Position numbers and translations under genes: made by a program. Positions 24,201 through 36,200 of a stretch of DNA of 64,000 nucleotides are shown one piece after another (positions within the stretch are counted from its first letter, which is position 1; each line of letters opens with the position of its first letter). Below the pieces are notes generated by a model, which was not told the origin of the DNA, ran no database searches, and worked only from the letters and a program-made list of their open reading frames with translations. The stretch is from Phoronis australis (taxonomy: Eukaryota; Animalia; Phoronida): contig NMRA01000122.1 of assembly GCA_002633005.1 (NCBI GenBank), positions 276,171 through 340,170 on the forward strand, given 5' to 3'.

Positions 24201-27200
24201 AAGAGCAACTTCCGCTTTTCGAGGTGAAAGTCGTCGGCAACGCGGCGGTAAGAAAGACATTTGCCGCGGAGATTTTATATCAAATCCGATTTTTTTACGC
24301 GGAAATATAATCAGTCTTTCCCGCCCCTTTTACATTTGTTGTTGGTTTACCTCATGCCCTATTATGGGTTCTTCTATACTTAGCATTTTTTCCCATACTT
24401 TATATAGGTTTACTTTTGCCGGGGCATCCTTTTGCTGTTGCTTATCTGTATGTTGTTTGTACATGTCACCGTTTTTGTTTCCTTATACCTATATCGACAG
24501 CATGCTTTTGGTAGGTTGATATGTCCCTTATGTATATTCCTTAAATTTTATCTATTCATGTTAGCTTTATATCCCACTGGGTTTCAATTACTATGGTTTC
24601 GCCACCTTGTTTTGTCGCTCCATGATTTTATTTTTATTGTATCATGCTACCTGGCTGTACTACTCCATGTTTGCATTTCCTTTTANNNNNNNNNNNNNNN
24701 NNNNNNNNNNNNNNNNNNNNNNNNNNNNNNNNNNNNNNNNNNNNNNNNNNNNNNNNNNNNNNNNNNNNNNNNNNNNNNNNNNNNNNNNNNNNNNNNNNNN
24801 NNNNNNNNNNNNNNNNNNNNNNNNNNNNNNNNNNNNNNNNNNNNNNNNNNNNNNNNNNNNNNNNNNNNNNNNNNNNNNNNNNNNNNNNNNNNNNNNNNNN
24901 NNNNNNNNNNTCACACTGCCATACACTGGAGTACACCTCACACTGCCATACACTGGAGTACACCTCACACTGCCATACACTGGAGTACACCTCACACTGC
25001 CATACACTGGAGTATACCTCACACTGCCATACACTGGAGTCCACCTCACACTGCCATACACTGGGGGCCACCTCACACTTTCACATGCTGGGGTCCACCT
25101 CATACTTCCATAAACTGGAGTCCACCTCATACTTTCATACACCGGCGTACACCTTACAGTTTCATTCACTGGCGTACACCTTCCAAAATTTTTGGGATCT
25201 ATTTTATTTTTGTGGTAGTACAAGAAAATAGCCCAGAAATCGTAACACTAGCACAGAAATACCTACAATGTATGAAGCAAATCTGAACATGCTTTCAACA
25301 ATGAAAAATACTGGAAACTAACCAAGGAACAAATTAGTTATAGTTCTGCCACCTTGAGGTGATGCACCCATAAATCTCCCTTAGCATGACTGTCCTCACC
25401 TTAATTGCAACAAATGAGGCAAAAACACAACAGCCTCAGTTGAACACTGTAAAAGCCCAAAATGATACATCACATGCAGCAAGGCAACCTGGTCATTCTT
25501 GTTACTTTTATGCATTTAAAATTTTATTAGACCACAATTTTGAAAAAAAAATCAAGACAATATTTAAGTAGCTTCAACAACAGAACATCATCACAAAATC
25601 AAATGGCCACGTATCACATACGGTAAAAACTGTGTGTTAGTTTCAGCGGTCATCCAACTCCCACCTACCTGTGTGAGGCAAGTAATATTTCTGGGGCCCT
25701 GTACCACCGTGTGGCCACATACTCTGTCAGGTTGGGATCCCCACCTTCATCCATTGTGATCTGTGACAAGGAGCGGGCCAGGCCAAAGTCACACATCTTG
25801 ACAAAACATTCACCATCTAGTAGGACATTGGACGGCTGTCGACAGGAAGGAAAAGGAAAATTGGTCAAAAATAGGTCAAATATTGAGTACAAAAATGTAT
25901 TGATAAGAGTCCCAGGTCTATTCTCCATACTCGAAACTAGATTTTAAAATTGACCAATTGCAAGGCATGCTTGAAACAGACTTCAAATCTGTAGTCTAAT
26001 AAGGCAAGACCATTGGCATGTTTCAAGTCAGAGACTGAGTTGAACCTCAGTTCAGAGAATAGACAGTGAGTCATAGAGACTGTTTCATTAAAAATCTGAA
26101 GTGCTTGTTTAACTTTGTGGAGTATGTAGAAATTGTACAGACCCTGTGCTTGTAGTTGGTGAACACATTAGCAAGCATCTTTACAAAGCATAAGGCAATG
26201 TTATTAGAAACAAGCTGAATGGTAATTGTTTTGTCCAACCCAATAGAAAGGAGAGATTTTGTAGTCGTGTCAAATTTTTCAATCAGAACGTTGTCTGATC
26301 AGATGTCCTTTTAAAGCCCACTCTAGTAAAAAATGTGAGAATTTGTTTTCCACAATTGGACTTCTTTGCACTGTTTGTTTTCTATCACATTGCAACATGA
26401 AGTATATAATTATTTTAGCAAAGTAATCACACAGAAAAAAAAATCCAAAAGATGGCGCTTGTGTTGAAGACCTTGCCAACATGAAGTGCCTCTCTAACTT
26501 ACCGTATTGTACTACTTATTACACATATTGCTAGTTCTTGGATACTTAGACAGGCAGGTTTGAGATGGCGAAAACTAATATTGAACTGACTTGCAACATA
26601 AAGGCAACTGTTATAATCCGGATGTATGCTAACCAAACAATGGACAGAGATGTAAAGTTAAAAAAAAACAACCCAGCTTATTAATTGCACAAAGTACACA
26701 AGGGTACATTCAGTAATGCATGACCATGTGCTGTGAAGACTTATGCCAGATCACACTAAATAAAAAATACCAGCCTTACTGAACGTACATTGGACAAAGA
26801 ATATGAACTTAGACTGCGTCAACTATCTTCAAAATGCAACGTCGCAAGTAGTCAACTCAACTTATTCAGGATGGTTGAAATTCCAGTGCCCGGTTGCATG
26901 AAACAGTCCAAACAGGGACTCAACTAAGGTCCCTAAATCTTTTTCGTAGTTGTTTTGTTCTTTAGGTGCAATACTTTTCTATAATTTAATCTTTATTATG
27001 AGCTCTTCTTTGACTAATGGCATTTTCTAATAACATAACTAAAAACTGAGCCCTTAATTCAATTAAAACAGTAATAGGGACTTACTCCTTAAATTTGGTG
27101 CGGATTTTACTGGAACAGCCCTTAGGGACTTACTCCTTACTTATTTTCAATAATATTTAGAATACAATCTAGATTTCACTCTCGATTTGTATCAAAGCCA

Positions 27201-30107
27201 AAAATTGGCGTAGTAATGATATTCAAACAGCATAAGATAGGACAATCAGTGTTTTCACAAGCCCGCAAATACACAATAGATTTAGGGACCTTAGTTGAGT
27301 CCCTATTTGGGACTGTTTCATGCAACCGGGCACTGAGGAACAGTGAACCAAGTATAACTTCACACCCATAAACATTAGGTGATTAAAATATCGAGTTGCC
27401 TGACAAATCGCAACATTTGCATCACTTTTTCGTTCTTAGCCTAGAATGTCGTGAAGTTCCCAAGATTGCACCACGGCCACCTTGCATTACGTTACCTTTT
27501 GATCTCTATGAATGACATTTCCTGAGTGCATGTATTTGGTTGCCTTCAACAGTTGGTACATGATATACCTCTTGTGAACATCTTTAAGGATATTGCCTCG
27601 TTTGATGACGTTGTGTAGGTCTGTGTCTATTAATGGCAGACAAGAGAAGACAGGTAACAAAACAATTACGAACGGCTCAGTGCACTGGATACCATACAGC
27701 AAGACCCTGCCACCTGTTCAGTACAGGAATGGGGCCACATGCATGAAGGGTAGCGTAATAGTTTAACTTGCAATCACAGCTGAACTAAAGTATTGAAAAA
27801 ATACAAAGGCAAAATCGAAAATAAATTACGTTAAACAAAAAAGCAAAAGTCACTTACCCATGAATTCAAACACTAAGTAAATATCTTTGTCATTGTCTGC
27901 TTTCATTACATTATGCAGTTTAACAATATTGGGATGGTCGCCAAAGTCTTGCAAGAATGCCACCTCCCGGAATGTTCTCTAAAAACAATAAGATTATGTC
28001 ACGTTTTCATCATCTCGGTAATATCACTGTAAACATACCCAATTATAAAAAAGGAATTAAAAATCCTACGATTTTCACAACAATTTGCCAGTCTGCTTTT
28101 ATTGAGGACTCATATGTAACATGAAATTTAATCCCATTTTAGGGTAATTGTCAGCCTTTGTCAGTGAAGTCTTTTAACATTTCATCAAATAACTTTTTAA
28201 ACATCCATTTTGAACCCAATAAAGTACATACATCTAAATCTTAGAACATTATTCGTTTACAATCATGTGACCACCAGTTTTTGTGAAAATTGTCATGTCT
28301 GCTTGTCCTTTTTGTTTTGAGCATATATTTCTAAACAGCCTAAACTGCAGGAAACTTCATGTCAGAACAGCATAATTCTTCCTGTCAATACGCAGCGAAT
28401 ATTTATCCTCGAACAGCCACCAAAGCCCCCTTTTAATAAAATGTCAATGTTTTCATTTTTAATAGCCAACATAGCTGTTCAGTTGGGCAAAGAAAAATAA
28501 GAAATCTGAGATTCAATTCCCTCATTCATAAACGGCGTGCAAAATTTCATGCGAAACAACCTATAAAAGAAAGACAAACTGATGTTCAAATGTGTAGAAA
28601 ATCAGAAAGCCTGAAAATGGCAGACAAATATTTGTCATGTGATTGAAATGAAATAAGTCGTCTGAAGTTAGTGGCTTTAGTATTTAGGGCATAGCTATTG
28701 TGTTAAAGACATTATGGTAAATAGTGGTAAAATATGTGATTATTGCATATTCAATAAAATCCACGAAGAATGACAGGTGTGTCTAGAAACGTAGTTTACA
28801 TGTAGGCAGTTGCACCAGGTGAAACAGGGTTACAATGCAATATCGAAACAAATTAGCACAATACATAAAATGAAAAGAATAAAAAAACATGATAGACTAT
28901 TTTTCCATTCCAAAGCAGACAATTGTCCATGTTGACATTCAGTATAGAAATAACAAAAAACATATTAATCCTCCAAGCTGAAGAATGAACAGACAACAAT
29001 TTATGAAGAAGTGAAAGAAAAAGAACTTGTGAACATAGAAACTAATAATAGTAAACTTAAGATTAATTACCTGTGCATCTGTCTGATTGCGAAATGCATC
29101 AAATATTTTCTTCAGCGCTACCACTTCTCCCGTCCTTTTGTCAATAGCTTTCCACACAATTCCATAAGCCTGTAAAATTAAAAGGGATGTAACTAAGTAG
29201 GAACTCCGAAAGGAAAACGCCAACATGTAAATTTGCGGGCATTATAGGACCACAAATGTACTCAACATGCCAAGAGCAACCAGTCAAAATGTCCAGGAGA
29301 AATCGCCATTACGATACTGAATTTATAAGCAAACTTAGTCATTACTACCAGGAATGATGCTGACAGCTTAAAAGCATGGGGTTACGAGAAAAGATTTCAT
29401 CAGGGGGTCCAAAGACGATGTAATTGCCAACCTTTTCTCACGTCTATATTTGTGATTCTAACCATATTCCTTGAAAAACTGTACAAAGTATACATCACTG
29501 CTTCCAACTTTTTTCCCTTGTGACGAAACCATTCTTTTTCAGTTACTGGCTCAGGGAACGTGGTCAAAAAGGACATATCCCGACATGCACTCGACCCTCG
29601 GATGTTACAAGAGGTAGTCCCCTTTTCGTGTCCCAGATTACAATCAATCATGGGTGGTTGGGTAGCTTTATAATTGTTACTTAGAGGGATCACGAGCACT
29701 TTGATAGCACAAACATCAACTCAAGGCTCACTGCAGTGTATTTCTGCTGGCTGACAAGGGTCAGCTGTGGACATGAGCAAAACAGCACTAGAATAGTTTG
29801 GGCTGGTAAAGTAAAAATACGCAAAATCAAGAGTTATTGTCTAGGCTGCACTATATTCAGTTACATCGGATTATTGCCCGTGTTGACAGACAGCAACAGA
29901 GCAGGAAATGAGACGGAAATTCATCACTCGGCAGAATGTCGAATGAATATTGAACCAGGGTTAGGCGGTGCAAGCCACAAGAATGTTCAAATATTGAGGT
30001 GCTTAAACACCATACAAAATCTTTTCAATGCAAAATATTACCCCCTTTCCAAGCCGCTTCTTAACTTCATATTTCTTTGTAACGTGGGACTCTATTTCGG
30101 TGCTCAT
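15073..30107 (-). CDS. MAPK15: Mitogen-activated protein kinase 15 (ERK7/ERK8)
   Basis: Exons (minus): 30042-30107 [22 protein letters not shown]; 29071-29169; 27858-27978; 27496-27626 (HRDQK); 25669-25835 (DFG, TEY, APE); [subdomain IX-X exon missing]; 23704-23761; 19485-19619; 18556-18661; 18111-18261; 17549-17655; 16674-16766; 15073-15255 ending [50 protein letters not shown] and TEY are MAPK15 hallmarks. Confidence 0.96.
16674..16766 (-). CDS. MAPK15: MAPK15 tail exon
   Basis: [31 protein letters not shown]; an alternative in-frame donor would end the exon at 16632. Confidence 0.7.
17549..17655 (-). CDS. MAPK15: MAPK15 tail exon
   Basis: [36 protein letters not shown], cag/gt. Confidence 0.75.
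18111..18261 (-). CDS. MAPK15: MAPK15 tail exon
   Basis: [17 protein letters not shown]...TVNY, G|gtgggt donor; phase fits the next exon. Confidence 0.8.
18556..18661 (-). CDS. MAPK15: MAPK15 exon
   Basis: [35 protein letters not shown]. Confidence 0.94.
19485..19619 (-). CDS. MAPK15: MAPK15 exon (subdomain XI)
   Basis: [45 protein letters not shown]. Confidence 0.95.
21805..22905 (-). mobile_element. Two truncated HINE-family copies (3' ends plus internal array) in a MAPK15 intron
   Basis: Reverse-oriented 3' ends (acaag..gcattgaaa..gcccac..gcaccgcaaa) at ~21805 and ~22668, homologous to 9985-10032; internal units with CCACTAGGAGGCA / CCACCAGGTGGTG. Confidence 0.75.
23003..23070 (+). repeat. 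Dispersed repeat fragment (similar copy at ~35594-35662)
   Basis: aacatcacatctcataaatggctgatcagattcatatgaaactttcagatac vs aacatcatatctccgagatggctgagcggattcacataaaattttcagatac. Confidence 0.55.
23514..23710 (-). repeat. 17-bp tandem repeat x~11.6 reiterating a MAPK15 exon end plus donor (CACTTAA|GTAAGTAACA)
   Basis: tacttaagtgtgttact units on +; the last unit overlaps exon 23704-23761. Confidence 0.93.
23704..23761 (-). CDS. MAPK15: MAPK15 short exon (MAPK insert)
   Basis: 58 nt, tag|AC ATC GAA..CTT AA|gtaagt; [20 protein letters not shown]; phase matches the next exon. Confidence 0.85.
24686..24910. other. Assembly gap (225 N)
   Basis: Run of N, flanked on the right by a minisatellite. Confidence 0.99.
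24911..25181. repeat. 27-bp minisatellite (TCACACTGCCATACACTGGAGTACACC), ~10 visible copies diverging to the right
   Basis: Direct reading; explains the HTAIHWSTP-type repetitive ORFs. Confidence 0.93.
25669..25835 (-). CDS. MAPK15: MAPK15 exon 5 (activation loop)
   Basis: PSNVLLD...CDFGLARS...[21 protein letters not shown]. Confidence 0.97.
26884..27335. mobile_element. MITE with ~55-bp TIRs (PIF/Harbinger-like ends)
   Basis: cagTGCCCGGTTGCATGAAACAGTCC..AGGGACTCAACTAAGGTCCCTAAATCT ... AGATTTAGGGACCTTAGTTGAGTCCCT..GGACTGTTTCATGCAACCGGGCActg; superfamily assignment is inference. Confidence 0.85.
27496..27626 (-). CDS. MAPK15: MAPK15 exon 4
   Basis: [44 protein letters not shown]. Confidence 0.96.
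27858..27978 (-). CDS. MAPK15: MAPK15 exon 3
   Basis: [40 protein letters not shown], ag/gtaag. Confidence 0.96.
29071..29169 (-). CDS. MAPK15: MAPK15 exon 2
   Basis: [33 protein letters not shown], ag/gt. Confidence 0.96.
30042..30107 (-). CDS. MAPK15: MAPK15 first coding exon
   Basis: ATG at 30107; [22 protein letters not shown]|gtaat (too short for the ORF track). Confidence 0.93.
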
Positions 30108-30185
30108 TTTCCTTTACAAATGTCTATCAAAATATGCAGCATTCACCATCAACGGCTCAAGAGGGTTTGCTGTCTAACAGCTAAT

Positions 30186-30437
30186 GTAAACAACTTCCGC
30201 GTGATCTAGTACTTCATGAAAATTGAAATGTCTTGTCAAATTGAGGACAAAAAAAGCATTTCTTAAATTGCAAGCACACAAAAGCACTATTTAAATTTTA
30301 TGAATAATTTTAGATTTGAAACAGCCACGAAATAAAAAAATGATTTAATCGCGGAATGATTTGGTTTTCGTTGAGCGCAAGCACAAATATTGATGACATC
30401 ACCATTTCTGCTATCTTCTGCGTTGTTGTCATGACAG
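30186..30437 (-). promoter_or_regulatory. Candidate MAPK15 promoter: forkhead (GTAAACAA), ETS-like (ACTTCCG) and RFX X-box-like (GTTGTCATGACAG) motifs
   Basis: GTAAACAA 30186-30193, ACTTCCG 30193-30199 and GTTGTCATGACAG 30425-30437, 80-330 bp upstream of the ATG; motif matches only. Confidence 0.4.
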
Positions 30438-32215
30438 TGAAACGATAGTACTGACATCTGTGGTCAGATTTCAACTCAAAATTTCACAAGGTTCGCCTAC
30501 CCGGCGAAATGAAATAATTTAGGGCCAAACTTTGACAATGGCCGGTGGCGGCGAAATCGGTGATTACCAAATGGCGAAAATGAAGGAGAAATCTGCAGTT
30601 TGAGGAAGCAGAAGTTCTCTTGGGGTACCGGCCCAAATGTGTTACCCTTCCGCCAGGAGCCGACTGGGAAATTTATTTTACATGAAACAAACTGAATACG
30701 ATATATGTATTAACATGTTTACAATAAAAATAACCATAGATAAAAAAAAAACGAAACTAGGTTGCGTTTTAGAAAAAAAGAATAGGAACCAATGCTGGTA
30801 CTTCAAGAGTAGTATTAAGCTTGCCAATACTCTGTTTAGCATCATTCAGGCCACGGAAATCGATAGGGCTTTAACGAGGTATGCCTCGATCCTAGTGAAT
30901 AGCAAATATTTTAAACTTGCATTTTGCGCTGTTTAGTTGGATGAAAAACAAAAATCGTTAGGCTTTTTACTCTTATGAAATTGGTCTCATTACATGTTTC
31001 AAACCATGAGAAATTCTTATTTTGTTATCAACAAGCACATCTACTCAAACCCAGAGACTCAAGGTAACGCTTTACATTATATTGGGGTTGCACATCTCTA
31101 AAGTAGCGGTTTCTGAAAATGGCTCGCGTATTCCCTGTACCGTAACGGCTCAAAATCACGGCTGAGGTGTGATAAAGGAAATTTACACTAAAGCAAAAAG
31201 AGTGGACTCAGATGCGGCTATCATAGTGCCGGAGTATACTGGAACGGCTCAGCTGATTTATTTGTTATAAAATGTTGGTTTGGATATCTCAAAATGCCTC
31301 CTTGTCACAATTCAGAAGTTTGTGACAATTTGTATGACTGAGAAAGGAATGACCCAGGTTCAAGCTAAATTGGGCTTCCTAGACACATTTTTTCAATTTG
31401 TGGGTTCCACTAAGTTTAGTGGAGTCAAGATATCGTGTGTGAAAACTCATTCCTGCAAACTTTTAGGCAAAGAATACATTAGGTTGGTGAAAACTTGTAG
31501 CGTGTAATTCTCAACTCCATTTTATAAAAAATTAATTCTGTATTTAGGCAAATTGTAAAAATACCTCAGTCTAAGTACCCTGTGCACCAATTATGGTCAT
31601 GGCGCGTTTTCGGTGTTAAACTCACGAACAGGATTCAGAATGTTAGATTCTAGAACACACAATCTTTTAATTGAGAAGTAAACATACACTTAAATATTGA
31701 TTTTGCAGCCAAAGTGCCTCCTGTTGTTCCAACATCATTAAAAATATGTGTTTTTCTTTGTACAGTATAATCCATGCACCAAACTTAAAGAAAAATACAC
31801 CTATACCTGTAAGTACTCTTCCGTTTTACTGGTGTAAGCAAATAATAATGAGAAATGGGGTAACCTTTGTAAATATTTTTATAGTATTTTTCTCAGCTTT
31901 TCAGCTCCCAACTTGTTAGATGTGCTAAGAATTTAATTGCAGTTTTTGTACAACGGACCCATGGCCTTTATTACACAAATAAAATTGATTATTTGATTTA
32001 TCGATTGATATTCCCCTTCGTGCAACATTTAATCCTGCAGGTTTATTGGCGAGTGCAAACTTTGTCCTGTTGGCGGCCAATTTGATAAGTTTCTTGAACG
32101 TGTTTTAGTAATCAGGACACGGCGGGCAAATGAAATTCATATAAAAAATCTTTTCCTGTGGGTAACAAAAACAGCAACCTTCTGATGCACTTATTATGAA
32201 TCCCTTTCAAATATC

Positions 32216-32310
32216 ATGGCGGCGCAGCACTGAAAATAATGGGGGGCTATAGCACCCAGCCCCCTGTGGTGCACCGCCCTGGACCATGGGCAGCACAGCA
32301 CTGAAGTAAG
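32216..32310 (+). mobile_element. Copy of the CATGGGCGGCG mini-element family (see 52498-52644)
   Basis: catggcggcgcagcactgaaaataatggggggctatagc..ccccctgtggtgcaccgccctggaccatgggcagcacagcactgaa. Confidence 0.65.
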
Positions 32311-32868
32311 CATGTGCGCACCCAGCCTGGGGGGCTCGAATTTCTGACGGTGTGGACCCTTTTGCTGACAAAAAAGCGGGGGGACTAAAAAAACACGTGG
32401 TAGCACCTTCAGAATGTGAACTTTGCGTCTGCGCTTTTTTAGTGGACTCTGCTGTTTCTCTGTGGCGGACCTTTTTGCCCACTTCGCCAAATGGGAGACT
32501 TTTATTTAAGTTATAATAATACAATGATTAAATAATTCAATTTCAATTAGGAGGCCTTCTAAAGGTTATTGACCACTAATAAGAAGGTCCCCTGTATAAA
32601 ATAAATAAATTTGGTAAAGCACAAATAGGCGAGGAAGCCATATATATAACATACTTAAGAAAACAAAGTGAATTAGCGCTGAAAACGATACTATGATGTG
32701 CGCTTGTGGCTTGTCATCTAACCGTAGTTATTACTTATATCAGGGAGGCATTACCAGAATGGCAATGCCTTCCTGTTTATACACCCTACTGGTGAAGGGC
32801 TCCACTGCAACCATGCTGCAATCTAGAGATAGAATTAGTCACTAGGTGTCTCTAGCAATAGAATGTGT

Positions 32869-32900
32869 ACGCATGCGTGTCCTTAAAAGGGAATTGTGGT
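32869..32900 (+). promoter_or_regulatory. Candidate OSBPL9 promoter motifs: NRF1-like ACGCATGCGT and ZNF143/Ronin-like GGGAATTGTGGT
   Basis: ACGCATGCGT 32869-32878 and GGGAATTGTGGT 32889-32900, ~200 bp upstream of the ATG; motif matches only. Confidence 0.45.
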
Positions 32901-33099
32901 GGTGGCAATTTATCCAGATTTTCTTTATCCAAAAGCTTTCATAAAAATACTTTAATATTTTATTTGCTTACAAAAATAAATGTTTTTGTCATCATGTATT
33001 AAAAATTTGTCTTTTGATTTAGAAAAACGGACATTAAAATTTTAGATCAACGTGAGTGTTACATTGCCTCTTTGCCACCGGTCACAGCTGAAGGCGGAA

Positions 33100-33250
33100 A
33101 TGGAGGGTCCGCTGTCTAAGTGGACAAATGTTATGAAGGGATGGCAGTACCGGTGGTTTGTGCTCGACGAAAATGCCGGCACCTTGTCGTACTACACATC
33201 CAAGGAAAAAATGATGCGTGGATCGCGGAGAGGTTGTGTGAGACTGAAAG
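33100..33250 (+). CDS. OSBPL9: OSBPL9 coding exon 1 (PH domain N-part)
   Basis: ATG at 33100; PH motif [18 protein letters not shown]. Confidence 0.94.
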
Positions 33251-36200
33251 GTAATTCCGCGTCCCTAGGCTTGGCTTTGTCAGTGGCAGCAAATCATGTC
33301 GAGACTGAGTGAGAGTGTCATTCGATTCATGTCTCATGTCATGATGATCACTCACGCGGTACTGGTTGGATATAAGAACCCCTCACATAGTAGTTTCATC
33401 CAGTGAATAACAGGGCTGCTATTCGGTGATTGCCTGGTTTCTAAGTCAGGGACGTCTAAATCCGACCAGTGTAACTGTAGCGGCACTCACTGCTCACAGT
33501 CAATAAGTCGTAGCGCCCTCGCCTCGGTTGGCCACTTAGGGGGCTACAATACTTCCCATCACTTTCTGTGCCAATTTCGTCCCATGTATTTTAAACAGGT
33601 TTTATACAAAATCCGCTCACCGATTAAGAGTTTTCACCTCATCAAAAATACATTCTAGTTTCTACACTTAAAACAATCACTTAAAAAGGCGCGTACTTTC
33701 TTCAGTGATCCTTTCTGCTTCTATACACACATCTTCAATGAAGCATAGCTATGAGAATTAAGGTGACTTTGGCGAAGAATTCCAACTCTACTTTTTTTGG
33801 TCACCTTTAACTTTTTCACCATGCGTGCGACAACCTCAAAGTATTTCAATTGAGTCACATGGGTTAGGCAAAGGCTATCGCAAGACTGAGCGAAGCGCAT
33901 GACGTGGCGCGTGACACTTGCAAAATACCATGGGAAGATATCAGGTGAAACGTTTTAGATTTGTGTCCCTTGGACTTTTTGCTCGTCAACAGGCATGATT
34001 TCACGTAACTTCCTCAAAATGGCACCCGATGAGAGAGACTTGAGCGAACTACGACACATTTTCATGGATATGTTCAAGTTATGTTGACTAAATTGTATCC
34101 AGCGTTATGGTACGTGTTATTTATAATTGTATGAGCATAATATGCATGTTTCATTCGATTTTATTTGCTGTATTTTGAAATGAGTAACTTTTTATGGGGA
34201 TGTAATATCACCCCTGTATGCTGGCGGCGCTCAGGGCTATGTAATATTGCCTAACAGTCAAAGTGGCAGTACTCATCTCACTCTCAGACAGTAGTGCAGC
34301 AGATAGCAGTATAACTGTTTGTGCTGAGCTGGCAGCTGCCAGCAGTACTTTCTGCAGATGCAGCGCAGTGCCAATGGCAATGCTGGTGGCTTAGATGACA
34401 AACTGGCAACTCCAAAACTTTAATTCGCAGAGGAAGAGCCATCTTCTGGTCAGAGAGAAGATGGCATACCTGCCGGAAGTAAAACTGTGGACATCACACC
34501 AATCACCACTTGTGAACTGTAACGCCACATCCAATAATGATTTTTCAGGGCCTTCAATCCTTTGGTTTTGGGGGCGAATATCGGCCCTATTCCCCCCCCC
34601 AAAAAAAACTATTGTAAAATCATGCAAAATTCCCCTCACAAGGCCCAAAAATTCCCTTCAGGTGATTGAAAATTTCCCCTAGATGTTGGAATCACTCATA
34701 CGTAATCCAAACAAGTGACAATTTGAAAGAGCACAAAATGTTAGTTTTGGCTACTTAAGGTAGATGAGTGCTTGCATCAGGGTGGAGGATCCTATTGATC
34801 ACCCAAAACAATTCCCCTCTCAGAAGGCACAGGCACTTTTCCCTTGGATGAACGACCCTGTTTTGCATTGAGTTTGTGATCCATGTACTGTAGTCTATGG
34901 TGCCATTGTGACAGCACATCGGAATAGATTTTGAATGGTGGTAATAGTCTGATAGGTGGGTCCCTGATTTTAAAGTGATTTGAGAACCAGTTATTCTGAC
35001 TGAATAACGGGCGCTATTCAATGGCAATTAGTTCTCCAATTATTTTTGTATCAGGGATCCACCTATCCGACTATGATAAAAATTTGAATAGATGGGTCAT
35101 TGGAAAATTAATTACTTATCTCAGAATCAGGGCTTGTGTGGACTTTTAGAATTAGGCCAATCAAATTCAAGAATCACGAGAACCATCTCCAATATTCTTT
35201 AATAAACATAGCACAATACATTTTTTTTTTCAATTTTGATAGACATTTTTACTTTGTAACATGTCACCAATCAGAAACATAACTGCCTTTTTGCATGAGT
35301 GATTTGGTACGGCGATTACATGAGTGATTTAGTACGGCGATTACATGAGTGATTTTGTACGGCGATTACATGAGTGATTTTGTACGGCTATTACATGAGT
35401 GATTTTGTACGGTGATTACATGAGTGATTTGGTACGGCGATTACATGAGTGATTTTGTACGGCGATTACATGAGTGATTTGGTACGGCGATTACATGAGT
35501 GATTTGGCGATTACAAGTCAAAGCAATCGTGTAAGTAGGTAAAGCACCCTTCGAGGAACTCGGCAAATTAACCCAAGACAAATGTCCACATTGGGCTAAC
35601 TTTGCAACATCATATCTCCGAGATGGCTGAGCGGATTCACATAAAATTTTCAGATACTATGTTTCAAGCACTGTTCTTCAAACTGTTTTGAGGAGTTGTT
35701 TTTTTAATGTTCCTCTTTTGAATGTTGAGTTATCTCATAATAGGACATTGTATGATTTTTCATTAAAAAATCCAAAAGCTGTATAAAACGGGAAGGAAAT
35801 GGTTCTTAAGAAGACCGTAACAGCATTTTTGAGATTTCATGGTGCACCTCTCTTTTCTTCAGCTGGGCTTTTTCATGTCTTAGAGCCGCCACATTCATAC
35901 TGTGGTCTGTTATGTGGGACAATAATTCTTCAATGACGTCAGGCTTTTTGAGTTTTTCAGTGTTGTCAGTCAGCTTCAAATGGCATATTAATATTGAGTA
36001 AAAATCAGTTTCTGCAGGTTCCTGCTTTAATAAAATATGAACTTCTATTGGTCGATTTTGTATTTTCGGAAATATTTCTCCAAAAGCACAGACTTGTGGA
36101 TAAGGTTGACATTGCTTATAAGCTTACACACCTTAAGTGACAGCTTGATTGTACCACCCACCCTAAATTTTTTCATTTCGAACACTTTTGTTTTTGAAAG

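Noticed and set aside
23875-24310. CAGGGCTTG-starting, CpG-rich segment resembling a hAT-type end
   Set aside because: No matching opposite end or TSD is visible before the gap, so it cannot be delimited.
24432-25286. Long ORFs with HTAIHWSTP / CTPVYGSVR repeats
   Set aside because: Artefacts of the N-run plus a stop-free 27-bp minisatellite.
27496-27510. HRDQK instead of HRDLK in the kinase catalytic loop
   Set aside because: HRDQKPSN is the normal MAPK15/ERK8 sequence (also in human); it supports the gene call and is not a novelty.
29736-30209. 157-aa plus-strand ORF overlapping MAPK15 exon 1
   Set aside because: Non-ATG start, no motifs, antisense to a real exon.
35294-35515. Regular short repeats (also 40561, 54118, 61711) that superficially resemble CRISPR arrays
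   Set aside because: Head-to-tail units without unique spacers, no cas genes, eukaryotic intronic or intergenic context.
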